Shown: piece after piece, positions 1 through 13,215 of the stretch
Position numbering within the stretch: position 1 is the first letter of the stretch
How the letters are laid out: each line of letters begins with the position of its first letter
Assembly: GCF_009834535.1 (NCBI RefSeq)
Contig: NC_045697.1
Location: 52,640,001 to 52,704,000, forward strand
DNA from: Camelus ferus
Taxonomy: Eukaryota
Reading direction: 5' to 3'
Length of the DNA: 64,000 nt
Program-made: the position numbers and the translations under genes
The notes under the pieces: generated by a model
The model's input: the letters and a program-made list of their open reading frames with translations, nothing else
Told to the model about the DNA's origin: nothing
The model's database searches: none

Positions 1-639
1 TATATAATGGTAAGACAGAAACTGAAAGAGGGAAATAATTTTCAAATAATTAAAAGGTAAATTCCTTTCCTCTCAATTTTCCATTTGAGGACTTTGTGAA
101 CTTTGATCCAGGAAAAGTAGCCTCAAATCACTTGTACGTGCTCACATTTCTTCATAGGCTCAGTGATGTCTTGGAACCAACAGCCTGACATCCTAGTCCA
201 GGGAACATATTAAAAATAAACCCTAAAGAGGAACAATGTAGAAGAAGGAGTGCTAGACAGCTCTTGCTGCTCCAGCCAGTGGCCCTCAAATTCCATTACT
301 GCTTCTTTGATTAAATTAAAATACAATAAGTACTGAGTACTTATTTAACACTTTGTCTATCCTGGCAAGAGAAAAAGACATTTCCATTTAGAGAAACAAC
401 TATTCAAAAGCTTCTGCTGATGCTGCAGTTACTATTTGGAATAAAGAAGAGAGTAATCAAGTAGATGAAGGTGATTTTTCGGAGAACATAGAAGAAAAGA
501 TTACCTACTAGGTATAGGGTGCTGTCCTAATAAACTGCTCTCCTAGTCTGGCTTTAGCAGAGACCACCAGTCAAGGGAAATGGGAGGAGTCCGGTGTAAT
601 GCTAAAAGATTTTAAGGAAATAAATTCAGAGCTGCATCC

Positions 640-850
640 AACGATTAATAATGGCTACCATTTGTCAAGAACTTCCTAATCCTTATGGAAACCTTGTACA
701 ATATAAAAATTATCCCTATTTTACAATTGAGGAAAGAGAGGCTCCGAAACATCAAGCGCCCAACCTCAGGTCATACACGTACCAAAGTTACGGAGCCAGG
801 GTTCCGAACCCAGGCCTAAGCTCCCCCTCCTTCCACTCTACCATGCTTTC
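640..850 (-). mobile_element. MIR SINE
   Basis: Reverse MIR core attttacaattgaggaaagagaggctc...aggtcatac...ggagccagggttccgaacccagg. Confidence 0.75.
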
Positions 851-1407
851 TCAGTCTACCCCGGGGAGGTACATGGAGAAAATGAAGACTGCATGGTCCT
901 TGGTTTTTGGTGGGAAGTCTGGGCTCTTTTCCACCCACCCACCTTCATTTTCAGCCTAAACTGCACACAATGCAGGTTGTCTTCCTAAAGCACCATTTTG
1001 ATTAAGCTCTCGCCCTCCCTTTAAAAAACAAACAGAAACCCACTTTCAAAGCTCTTCATCAACTACTGAATGAAGTGCAAGTTATCTAGCTTAGAGTTAG
1101 TGGCCTTTCCTGACCTGGTTTCAACCAGCTATTCCTATACACAGCCTGATGCGCCACACAATGCAGATTTCTCACCATTTCCCAACACAAGCATTTTGTT
1201 TTCTTGACCCTGGTTGCCAGCTAATGCCAATTTTTTCTTTTTCTTTTCTTTTTTTTTTTTTTTTTAACAGGAATGACTTTCTTTCCTGGAGGAGGTTTGA
1301 GGTGCCTTTTAGGCATCCAATTCTAATAAACAATATCACAAACGTTAACATTTCAGGGAACACTTACATTTTCTCAGCTGTGTACTCACTCACTGTTTCT
1401 TTGCCAG

Positions 1408-2010
1408 TGTGGCAGATTGTATCTCCCAAAGTGACATCTCCCATCGTCACTTCCTCTCCTCTGGTGTGACCCTACCACTTCCCTGTGAAGAGGTAGAGGC
1501 TAACCCTCCTCTCCGGGAACCTGGATGGGCGTGGGCCTGCTTTCGCCAGCAGAACACAGCGGAAGGGAGTCTGTATGGCTTCAAGGCTGGGTCATAAGGG
1601 ATGATGCAGCTATCACTCTGTTTGCTGGAACAGTCACACTTAGAGCCTTGAACTGCCATTTAAGTCCAGTTGTCTTAAGGCTGCCGTGCTTGGCTCCAAG
1701 CCAAGCCACTTGGAGCAACCACATGAAGAAGCCACCTATAGGCAGTCCAGCTGGCAGTTCTAGTCGCCAAGTCTTCCCAACACAGGCCCCAGCTGTATGA
1801 GCAAAGGGGCCTCCAAATGATTTAGCCCCCGATCATCAAATCACCCCAGCCCTTAAACCTTCTCAGCTGAAATCCTAGACACTGTGGAGCAGAGACAGGC
1901 ACTCTTGCTGTCTGCTGTGCTGACCCACAGGATCTGTGAGCATAATAAATGATGATCATAAGCTACTAAATGTTGGGGTAGTTCATTAAGCAGCAATAAT
2001 AACTAGATCA
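1408..2010 (+). mobile_element. MaLR solo LTR, MLT1G/H-like
   Basis: Starts tgtggcagattgtat; ends aataaatg...aagctactaaatgttggggtag...gcagcaataataactagatca, typical MLT1 termini. Confidence 0.8.
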
Positions 2011-2119
2011 ATGCATTAAACATTCGAGTAATAAATACATTTAAGCTATAATCTTACCGATATGCTGCCAGTAAAATACTACATACTGGGAGAAGCATGC
2101 CATCCCCAAACAAGGTTCT

Positions 2120-2272
2120 CTCTCTATATTTTTGTTTGTTTGTTTGTTTGGTGGGGAGGAGGTAATTATGTTTATTTATTTTAATTTTTTTAATGGAGGT
2201 CCCGGGGGTTGAACTCAGGATCTTGCGCGTGCTAAGCACATGCTCTAGCACTGAGCTATACCCACCCCTCCA
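2120..2272 (-). mobile_element. Camelid tRNA-derived SINE (Vic-1-like)
   Basis: Minus strand ggtatagctcagtgctagagc...gagttcaacccc (A/B boxes), taattacctcc motif and A-rich tail; TSD caaacaagRttct at 2107-2119 and 2273-2285. Confidence 0.9.
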
Positions 2273-3511
2273 CAAACAAGATTCTTAAACTGTCATTTTA
2301 CTTCCTCAAATGAAGGTTGAGTAACCACATTAGTGATGACGATGGAGCAGACAAGGAATCTGAAGTTCAGACATAAATTTGGCACTTCATTCTTCTCAGT
2401 AAAATTAAGTTTGGTTGTAAAGCATATTCAAGTTTGATACAAGCTGGAGTCAAATGAAACCACATTTTAAAGCCCTGATGCACATACCCACATTTCAAAT
2501 CTTGTGATTCCCCTTACATTCCATAAGCAGCTCTCCTAGGGATCCCTCCAAGTTCACACGAGTGGAGCTCCAGAGAGAACAGACTGCTGATGGGTACAGT
2601 CGCTGTATGACAGGTGGTTAGGGAATTGGAACACAGAGTTGTTTTGTTTTCAGGACAATCGTCTTTTGTTTTTCTTTTCTTAACAATCAGTATTTTTCTC
2701 TTCACCTTTCTTTCAAAAAGTGTGAAATAGGAGAATTTGGCCTTGGATATTAGGATTTTTTTTCAAAATAATACCTTTATTTGTAAACTGTCTTAACACA
2801 ATGCACTAAATTTTGAAAGTAAATTATTTTGCCAGGAATTAGTATCTGCCATCCTATGAGTGGATAAAGTCAATCGTTTTGCCTCTTCAACAATCATAAA
2901 TATTTAGTGACTGATCACTCTTTCATATGAGTGACTTTAGCCAGCACCAACAGTAAATTACATCACCCGAGGTAGCAGTGATTTCAGCCACTGGCTCTGA
3001 CAGGGCTGGTCTTTGACTGTATTTTTATTCCTCCATGAGTCAGTAAGTTTTGATTACTCTTATAGATCCATAATCAATATGAAACTTTTAGTCTTTTATC
3101 AGCAAAATAAATTAAACTCAAGGCTCTTGACTCAGCTCCCTATCTTCACTATTATGCCGTATTGATAATACTAATATTGGTGCTGGTGCTCGGAAGTGTT
3201 GCGATGTTGAAAGCCCCTAAAAAAAAAAAAAAAAAAAACAGTAATCTATGTGTGCTTGCATATTTTTTTCCATTTCTTTCCCAAGAAATAAACTGACATA
3301 CTCAGTATTCAGAGTCTTAGAATGTTCCAGCTGCCATATGGTAATTTTTATTTTGGGAATTATGGGGTCATGCCATTTTTTTTTAATGTTGTGCTGTAAC
3401 AACTTAAAAACAAATTTTTGTTTGTTTGTTTACCAAACAGTTTGAATTTAGGGGCTTGTTATATTTCATGAATGTATACCCAGTAAGAAATAGGATAAAT
3501 TAGTTTTAAAC

Positions 3512-3692
3512 CAGGGGTCACCAAACTTTTTCTGTAAAAAGTGAGAGTAGTGTTTTTGGCTTTGACAGCCACAAGTTCTGTTTCAACTACTCTCAATTCT
3601 GCCACTGTTGTGAGAAAGCAGCTGTGGACAATATGCAAATGAATGGGTGTGGCCACATTTGGCCACAGAGGGCCATATTTTGCCACTCCCTG
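3512..3692 (+). mobile_element. MER58A-like hAT-Charlie MITE, internally deleted
   Basis: TIRs caggggtcaccaaac...ttgccactccctg; degenerate 8-bp TSD ttttaaac/gttgaaac. Confidence 0.85.
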
Positions 3693-5014
3693 GTTGAAAC
3701 TAAAGGCAGACTCCATTAATAAAATATACTGGAAAGTAAACATGTTTCTTTATGAAAAGATCTACCTTAGTAAACATGTCTTCTTAGCACGTTACACCTC
3801 TCATTTTGTTTTATTGCGGAGTATACCATGCCTCCTCACTTAGCCAACCTCCTCTGTTGCAGCAGACTAAGTCAATTATCATATTACATCAATGATTAGA
3901 ATGCCACAAAACTACCCTGGGACACCACTGCGGAAAGAAACAGACCAAAAGACCATATCTAGTATTTTAGAGTTGGAAGGAGGTTTGAAAATACTAGTTC
4001 AAAATATTTAGCAAAGCATTCTATTACCTTGTGTAGAGGCATCTGAGTTTAAAATGATGGCTGATGGCGATTGACATGGGATACCCTGCTCAGAGGCACT
4101 AATATCACACACAATAAAGTGGACACTCCCATTTCACTTAAATTAGACAACCTAGTAAAACTAGAATGACAAAAACAAAGCCCACACCCTAACCATTCTC
4201 AGTATTAAGTAAAAGTGAAGGAAATGGTAGATTAAAAGATTAACTTTATAAAGTATGTATTCTTCTGTGGCCAAATGATGCATTTGACATAGTCAACCTG
4301 GCTTAATTTTTTTTTCTTCCCAGGTTGTGTCACTGAGCACTTTCTAAAAAGTCATCTCCCTTCTACCTATATGATTCTGATTTCTAGCTTCCTGATTCCC
4401 TCGTCTTTGCCAAAGGTTGGATCATTACTGATAAAGAACCACAGAACAATTTTAAGAACATTGTTTTAGTTGAAAAAGAATGTTACCAAAAGCAGTATAC
4501 AACAAAATCAGGAGCAAAAATGTGTGATGAATGCTTGAGTGTCTTGTCTTCCTAATCTTACATAAAGAAATTTTGACCATATGTGGTAGCCTTAAATAAC
4601 TATTTTTCTTTCCACTGTCTTTCCAAATTTTGATCCAAAATCAAGCACCATGGTAAAACACTCCTTTCATAGTGTATGATAAAGTAATAATCTTTAGTTC
4701 TTTCTTTAGCTAATCCACTAATCTACTTTCCCCTGTGCTCTGCATTCATTAATGAGTCACATCTACTCTCAGGAACTATGCCTCTATTTAAAAGATAAAG
4801 ACAAGTGATCCAGGCAAGGTCAGCAGGGGCTGAACTCCAGGTGTTTGCTGCTTAGCCTTGAACTGAGACCACTGAAACTTTGGAATTATCTGATTAACAA
4901 TCATGCACTCACCTGAGAGTAGTGATGTTAAATGGGATGTAATCAGGACAGGACTGTCCTAGTCCTGATAGGAGGACCTGCCTGTGAAGATTATGCTTTG
5001 TAATCTAAGAGTGA

Positions 5015-5095
5015 TACAGAAAGAGCTTGAGCTTTGGAGTCAGACCAATGTGGGTTTGAAGCTTTGTTCTACCATTTATTCTCTGGGTAACCTGT
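5015..5095 (+). mobile_element. MIR 5' fragment
   Basis: gctttggagtcagacc...gggtttgaag head. Confidence 0.6.
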
Positions 5096-5689
5096 ATCAC
5101 TAAGGGTGATGGTGGGCTGTCAGTGCTGGTGGTAAAGGTAGGGGTATTACTAATAATTTGGCAACCTTGCAAAGAAAAGACAATTATAGTGCCAAAATAA
5201 TGTAAAATAACCCTGTTGGTCCATCAAACATATTGAATGTCTCAATCTATATTCTATCTTCAGTTGGGTGAGCAAGAATATTATCTCTTCAAAATGATGC
5301 TGATTGATTTAAGGCCACTGCTTGGTGTGGAGACAAGCACTAGAATATTCTTCATTATTAAATTCATCCTCTTATTTCCTACAGAACTACAAGCCTCACT
5401 GTACTCCTACACCCAAGTACAGATTGGAGTGGGAGTATGGTTAGAATTAGAGAAGAGAAACAGATCCATTTCTATATGTTGTTAGACCTTTCTTAAACTC
5501 ACGACAGAAGTAAATAATCCATAAGGGTAGACATTATTCTCTCATTGGAACATGGTGTCTTTCCTTCATGTCTTCAACAGTCTAAATAAAGTTATCTGAA
5601 CACAATGTTAGACCTAGAGTCTATAAATGTCTTTTATCATCTGCCATGCTCCTACTCTGTTTTGCTTTTTACTCTGAATTTTGTTTTTT

Positions 5690-5835
5690 GTTCATTCAAC
5701 AATTTCTTGAGTCTAGGTGCAAATACTTGCTGAGTAGTGTGAATAAACAATAGACAACAAGATGTGATATAGTCCTTGTCCTCACGGAGCTTACTGTAGA
5801 GTTCCTGTGGAAGATAGATATTAAACAAACATATA
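5690..5835 (-). mobile_element. L2 3' fragment
   Basis: ttcattcaac tail; gtccttgtcctcacggagcttac. Confidence 0.6.
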
Positions 5836-7145
5836 ATTTATAAATTTGTTATAGTACCCAATTTATTAATTACAAATAGGGTTAGACAACAGTCATCACT
5901 GAGAGAGGACGGATGGAGATCTGCCCTACGGAAGTCTGGAGAGCTATCATCTCTGCATCTAATGGGATGGCAACTGAAGACAACTTTCCTATCTCCACAT
6001 TCCCTGCCACTGACATCATTCCCCCAGTAAAACTCAACAATGGGATATGGAAGATGGTGCTCGGATGGGGCAATAATGTTCTTGTAGAGTAAGTTAACGC
6101 AATAATCATATTGCCACATGGTATCTTTTCTCACCCTACAACATTGTACTTGCCCTCAGGGAAATCTCACAAGTTGTTTATTTAATGCACATTGAGAGAT
6201 TTCGTTGCTTCATGGAGAAGAGCTCAGGGTGATGTTTCTAACAGAATCTCATGGCTCACTCATGTTTTCATCTTCATAAGGGAAAGAAAGTCGAATTGGA
6301 AACACTGAGGTCTCTTCTTCTGCCTTTTGATAGACACAGTACCCCTCAGGCATATAGCCCTAATCAATCCTGTGGAAATATGTTTTCTTTGCAATTTTAC
6401 ACAGTCCTAAGATTTCTGTATTTACTTGTAGGGTAAATATTTACTATTGAAGGTACTACTTCTATGAAATATAGATCTTCCTTCAGAGTTCATCAAAGCC
6501 TCACTTTTAATATCTAGCCAGTATATGAAAGCAATGTCTGACAGTAAGGATAAAATAGTGCAAAGCCCGCCCCCCCCCCCTTTTTTAATTATCAGGAATG
6601 TTTTGTTGTTGTTGTTGTTTTGACTCCTCAATTGTGGTGAAAGGATATATTCCCAGCCACAAACACTGTGCTGCTAGTTTGTAGTTATTTTTGCCAAATT
6701 GTTTTCATTTAAGTACTTCTTTAGAACAAAGTTGTTGGTTTTTTCTTTTTTTAATAGATCCCTACTTTTTTCTCAACTCCTAACTTTTACTTCATCCTTC
6801 ATCTATGCCATCTTCCATCTTATGATTCTTATGATATTACATTCCCCGTCCTCATTATTTAAGCTGGTTTCTGAATATATAAGGTGAACGTTGCTTTGCT
6901 TTCCATTAAATTGCTATAGAATAAAATGGAGTTCCACGTGAGAAAAGCTCAATATGTAACAGAGGAATTACAATTTTATCAAGGCGCTCAAAAAATGGCA
7001 TTGAGTGAAATTTGATGTTTATAATAGCTGTCCCTGTGTTCTTGGAAAAAATATCAATCTAAAGTTAACACTTACCTGGATATATGTATAATGTAAAACA
7101 GTAGGGAATGTGTTTAATTTCTTTCAAATAGAGATCATCAAAGAT

Positions 7146-7392
7146 AGGGAAGTATTGGATCGTGGTTAAGACTCAACTCTAGAATCAAATTACATGGGTT
7201 TAAATCCTGACACAACCATTTACTACCAGCTTGACCTTGGTCAGTGTTACGTAACTGCTCTCAGGCTCAGTTTCCACGCTAGAAAAAACTATCTACTTGA
7301 TCAAGTTGTGAAAATTACATGCATTAAATAGATGTGAAGTGCTCAGAAATTCCAGTACACAGGAAGCAGTCAATAAATGTTAGCCACTATTA
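7146..7392 (+). mobile_element. MIR, near full length
   Basis: gtggttaagac...gggtttaaatcctg...gaccttgg...ctcagtttcc...caataaatgttagc. Confidence 0.85.
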
Positions 7393-10300
7393 CGATAGAC
7401 TTCAAATTTTGAACCCTAATACTATAGAAAATTCAAACCAAATGTATTGAACACTACCTAGGTTTTTAGATGAGCGTGCGTCGATCATCATTTAGCAGTA
7501 CAGGAGAGTCGTATATATATTTTCATTATATAGAAATAGATGTATAACTATACACACACATAAGTATACACACACGTATTTCGTATCTAATATTTTTCTT
7601 CTGTAATTAAAGTTACATCTCTTTGTTTTTATTTTTTGATTTTTTGACTAGATATATGTTTTTAATAAACTAAATGTGAGGTACTATGAAATTCACCCAG
7701 GTGTTTCACACTGGACTTCTAAGATCTCCCAGGTGAAAATAATGGAACATGTTACTTCAGGACTCTGTTCTCCAATTCACATCAAATTCTTCCCTGGGTT
7801 CTTGCAATCTGAGCAGCACACACACTTTAACTCACCTCTGGCTGGCCCGCCCACACTTTACTCATACTCTCCCTCTGCCCTGATCCACAACACCATGGGT
7901 GGCAAAAAGGGATGGAGTTCCAGCAGAATGACAGGAATCAGGTCTAAGGAGGAATTGGAATCTATGCTGACGTAAGAAGAGCCTGCCAACAGCAGATACC
8001 CTTCTCCAAGCCAGCCGTTCTGTTTTCAACACATTGCCACAGAGCTAAAGGGACTTAGGGATTTGCTGTTTGGAGGGGAGGTGCTTTGCCATTCCAAGTA
8101 AGTGGCTGGGAGGTCACCATGGAAACCACCACTTGAATTTTGGTGTATTTAAAGCCTCAATTCAGCATATAAAATCTGTAGTTTGCCTTTGAGAAACATC
8201 CCAGCTTTTCAAAAAGCTTTGGGTAAGTGGGAGCAAGGGATCAGAGGTGTTGATTAGTCTGTTTATTTAGCTAATAAAACTAAACTGTTTTTTTAGGCAC
8301 AGTAGTTGGTTTCTTTGCCAGTGTAAGCAGAAAACTGGATTCATTATGTTTAGACATGCCCTTTCATTCAGGTCACAGTTGTACATTTGCAAATCTTTTT
8401 ATCATATTTAATATCTATGCAGATGCCGTGTGGCTACATGTTTATATTACTCCTTCCTAAAAAAAAGAGACACATTGAGTCAAGGATGTGTTTGCCTGAC
8501 ATTCCAATTTTTTAATTGGGTCTTTTCCCAGAAACCTGGGTTGTTGTTTATAGTTTCTTTCTCCTATAAACACCATGGTAACCGGGGAAAGAAAACTTTT
8601 CATGAAATGCCATTTTTCATCATTCCATAGTCTGAAAATTGCATTTAAATCCTGAAAAAAATGCCTTTAAATCAGAGGGTGCCAGTTTCCCTGGCATTTA
8701 AGATTTCTTAGTTGGTCCTATTTTCCTCTTTCCACCATTCCTCCTTGTCAAACAGCACCAGCAAGCAAGAAAGGTGGTCACTGCTTCACCACTCTCCCTT
8801 CTGGAGGCCTTCTCTCACCACAGATCTTACACGTGTGGAGTAATAGCCAAAGGGCAGGCGCAAAAGACAAACTGAGGTACACACATTCCAAAGATTAGGA
8901 GGTCTTTGAATAATGAAAAATTGGTTGAAAATTATGTACTGAGTTAATGTAATTAGAACATTTCATTTCAAATTGCTTAATTTCAGAGCTTTGAATTTAT
9001 ACATTGCATTCTGTAATTTATGCAAAAGTAGTAAGAGCAAAGTTATTAAAATATTGCTTATGCTAATTTTTTATCTTTTTGGTATGCAAAATCCAGAAAT
9101 TCCATTCAAAAATAAACATTCTAGTGACAATCTTGACTCGTATCATATTAAAAGGTTATTTTCCAATTACCAGTTTGATCCAGTTACAGACACACTAGTA
9201 CCATTCTATTAATATGTATCACTATTATATAAATAAAAGTTATATTATTCTGATGTTCTTGACTTCTAATGGCATGGCAGCATTATACACACTACTAAAT
9301 TTGGATTGTCATTAGTGTCTAATAATTTATATCATGAGTCCAACTCCTTTTCCTTTAATAGTGTTTTAGCCATAGACACATACTCCACTTTGCTTCAAGA
9401 ATTCTTACAGATGTCAGATATCTTACGGTGAAAGTCACAATTCACGTTAGCAGACCTTCCATAATTGCTTGTTGTAGAGGTGTATTTACATCTACAGATT
9501 AGGAATAAATAATTAACAATCTGTGAGTAACGCTGCCATAATTACGCTGTTTAGACAAACGCTGGAGAGGAATAGTCTCCTTTCTCAAACATGAAGCATT
9601 TTCATTATGACCATTCCATTATAAATCTCAATTCAGAATAATTAATAAAAATGATTATAAATCACTTTGCAAAAGTAAAACTGCTAAGCATGAGCTGAAT
9701 AAGTACTACTAATTAAAGTTCTTAAGGGTCTGGAGAAAAAAGGAAACATTGCCTCAGCATTGCTAAAATGAGGCCAAAAACTACTGCTGATGAAATGCAG
9801 GAAACCCAGGGGGGAATGTTAGAGTAGGAAAGGTGGCAAAGACGGCTCTCCTATAAAATAAGCCTCATGTTGTCTCAGGGCCTCTGTTTCTCTTTTGATA
9901 AGGTATTTTTATATCAGCGGCCAACAGAATCATGATACATGCGCTGATTTGGACATACGCCAGCTTCTCTCAAGGTATAATTTTACTGTCTTTACACCAA
10001 TATGTTTGGTCACATCAGAGTCAGTTGTGGTGAAAGTCCTATAATTTTCATGTACCAAATTTCTGAGCATGGTATGGTCAACGACCATGAAGACACACCA
10101 AAACGTGTCACGTAGGCATGGGGCGTGCACATAACTGCACAGAGGGAAAATACATCACTAGTAATAAAATCATCTCAAAAAAAAAATTTCTTCTCACCCA
10201 GCTGTGGTTAGGTGGCAAGAACCTCTGACCGACGCATGAGCAGCACAGGCTATTAGGAAACCCAGCTCTCTTCCCACCGCCACAGCTTCCTTGGCAGCAT

Positions 10301-10999
10301 TTGGTGGAATTATAAGCCACAGAACTGGCCTGTTTACACAGTGCATCATCATTCCCACAAGTCCAAAACTGGGCTTCTATGGATAGTAACACAGAAGCGT
10401 AATAAGGGAGGATGGACCTGAGTTCCTTTTTATTAAAGTAGTGTGTGAAAAGCCAGCAGAGATCATGGGTATTCTTGTAAATTCTGCACTGACTGCTCTA
10501 TAAAGAACTATGATGTGCAAAGTTTGTGCATATATATAACTAAGAAATGCAAATAAACGTTTCCAATATCTGTAATATCAAACATACTTTAAAAAGATCA
10601 CACGCTTATTCTAATTCATGCACTTTGAACACCTCCAATTAAATAGATGATTCTGGTAAACCCATACAGAGAAATACAGCAGAAATCTAGAATAAATATT
10701 TTCATAGGATGGAGCTTCCTTTAATTATACCTACCAGCTCCATATTTTTGGACTGCCTTAAAGGTGAGACCAATAGTGTTTATTCTTTATTTGAGTCTTT
10801 AATAATTAAATGCTCTTTTTTTGCAGACCAAAGTGAAGAGATACCTTAAGTCAAATCCCATTCAACAGAAACTAGTGCTATTTCCAGATGGAAGAGCTAC
10901 GCAAAATCCTACAAGATGATTTCCATCTACAGAACTCAATTTGTTTAACATACCGAGTTCTTATACACCAGAATTGGAAGAATTTATTAGAAGTCATAT

Positions 11000-11240
11000 C
11001 AGTTGGTGGCTTTCAAACTTTTTCAACCACAGACCCACCATACACACATACACACACACAGAATAATAATAATAATTAATAATAATAATAATGCAAAAGT
11101 CACAAAACAGTAATTACTCTTACCTTATGAAATATACTCTGAGAGTTTCTATTCCAGTTTATTCTCAACTGCTCATTGTAACGCACTAAATTGATTTTGT
11201 GGCCTACCAGTGGGTTGCAACTCACAGTTTAAAAATTTAG
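11000..11240 (+). mobile_element. hAT-Charlie non-autonomous DNA element (subfamily uncertain) with internal (CA)n/(AAT)n
   Basis: tggctttcaaactttt...gacccac start; ctaaattgattt...gggttgcaactcacagtttaaaaa end. Confidence 0.6.
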
Positions 11241-11767
11241 GCCACACTCCAGCCATTGGCAATTTACAAGAATGAAATAAATCATAGATTATATATAATT
11301 CTTTTCATTTTAAAAATGATACAAAAGCAGATTTACATATCAATCTTTTCCACAGCATGGATCATCACACATTACCTTTACAAATATAAGGAGATAATAA
11401 ATCATTGATTATTTACAATTATTCTTCCTTTACTTGTTATATCTTTGCTTTTCCCCTAGTTTCTTCCTCATCTATAATATGTACCAATTTAATTTTTGTC
11501 CTGGTTTTGTCACTGATGTATTTTAGCATTTCTACTTTACTGGAGAGTATTAGTACCTACCATATTTTTTATTCTCTATTTTCCCTTTATCCAAGTCCAA
11601 TATACATTTTCCTAATGATTTTCCAGTTCTATTAACCCCAACTGTTAACAAACTTACCCAGATTCTTTGTCGATTGTACACTGGAGGGCCAGGCGCTCCT
11701 GAGATAATTCTTTCCTGCACCCTCTAGTGTACAAACGTCTTCTGTCTTCATTCCTCTAAAATGTATC

Positions 11768-11872
11768 ATTAAATTAAAATTTCAGTTTTTTAGTCACACT
11801 CACCACATTTCAAGTGTTAGGTCACCACATGGATGGCTGCATGTGGCTGGTGATTGCTGTACTGGACAGGCT
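11768..11872 (+). mobile_element. MER3/MER33 hAT-Charlie fragment
   Basis: aaaatttcagttttttagtcacactcaccacatttcaagtg...catgtggctggtg...tactggacag. Confidence 0.75.
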
Positions 11873-13149
11873 AGGAGGCCCTCATCTCCCCACAACCAGC
11901 AATGAAATAAAATCACATGAGAACAATATGAGACATGGGCTTTCAAGCAACAAAATATTTCTCCAACACACCTGAATCACACCATAACTCTTCTATCATC
12001 ATCTCCACATTCCTTTAGACTTAAGAGAAGATGGAAGAAAAACACAAGAAGAAAATGAAAAGAATTGATGGGAAAGGCATGGTCAACTGAAGCCAGAGAG
12101 AGTGTGGTCCCAGAGCACTTAGCAACCTACACAAGAAAGCAAGCTGCCAAAGGGGGGATTCAGGTCATGTTCCCCAGAGCACCCCGATCTGCCCTTCCCC
12201 TCTTCCCATTTCTGCGCACTTATTTAAAGAGTTGCTGGTGAGAAGTAGTTGATGGAATAAGGCAAAGGATTTCAGTTTTTAAATCATCTTTTCTGCTAGT
12301 CCTGCTGAATGGCAGGCCCTTTGTAGCATTTTGCAAATTGCATTTACCTTTCCATTTAGGTAACATACTTAACTGAGTTCTCATTTGTTTTTTGTGGACT
12401 AAAAAAAGTTCTATGTATTTACTGGCTCAGTTCTCTGCCTGCACATGAGGGAATCAGGGTGTTTACACACCACTATTTCTGGCTGAACCCAAACCTTGGT
12501 TCCCAGAGGAAGGCAACTTGCAGACCATCTCCATTTATGAGAAGGGCAACCGTTTTCCCAGCCACTTCTTAACGTATGGCTCTTGGTTCTCCCCAGAACC
12601 TAGTGGCTACCTCCCCGCCTCCACCCCCAGCCAAACCCAAGTTTGGCTTCTCTGTTTCAGATACTCTTTGTTTCCCTGGGCAACATCACTGTGTACAGAA
12701 ACTCACTGCTTGGACACTCCTAGGATTGTCAGGGCTCAACATTTATTTTTGTAACAATACTCAAGATTAACAATGTATCTTCTCTTTCAGGCATAAAATT
12801 TAAGGGGTACTGAAGCATAAAATTGGTCTTATGAACACATACTATATAGATAAGTCTTTATAAGCAGGTAAAATAAATATATGATTTCACACTTAAATTT
12901 ACAAACAATTAGATTAAGCCAGATGGCTGATTGGATTTAGGGGCTACATTTGATAAATCAAAAAATAATGCTGTCTTTGAAAGTAAGCCAGTAAATCTCT
13001 GGCCCCACTGCATTTTTGTAGTGATGGGAAGAGAAAAGCCATTAGTGAGGAGAAAATCTCATCCAAATCTATCAGCAGAATTCACAAAATGAGTTCCAAG
13101 CTAAGCTTCAGAAGGTAAAATGAGAAATTGTTCCTCACCCACCCCATCC

Positions 13150-13215
13150 ATTTGGAGCACAGTACCTGACATGTGACTGGTGCTTAATAAACATTTGTTG
13201 AACAGATAAATGATG
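13150..13215 (+). mobile_element. L2 3' tail
   Basis: gcacagtacctgacat...gcttaataaacatttgttgaa. Confidence 0.65.

Noticed and set aside
325..345. 21-bp interrupted palindrome aataagtact-g-agtacttatt (also the hairpin at 4942-4969)
   Set aside because: Short and isolated, with no functional context.
651..959. 102-aa ORF
   Set aside because: It overlaps a MIR and shows no recognisable homology, so it is a chance ORF.
2200..2272. tRNA gene (also 22790-22865)
   Set aside because: These are SINE heads with A-rich tails and TSDs, not functional tRNAs.
9930..10134. Minus-strand ORF after a plausible acceptor (ttttccctctgtgcag)
   Set aside because: No recognisable protein similarity or supporting exon chain; the length is within chance expectation.
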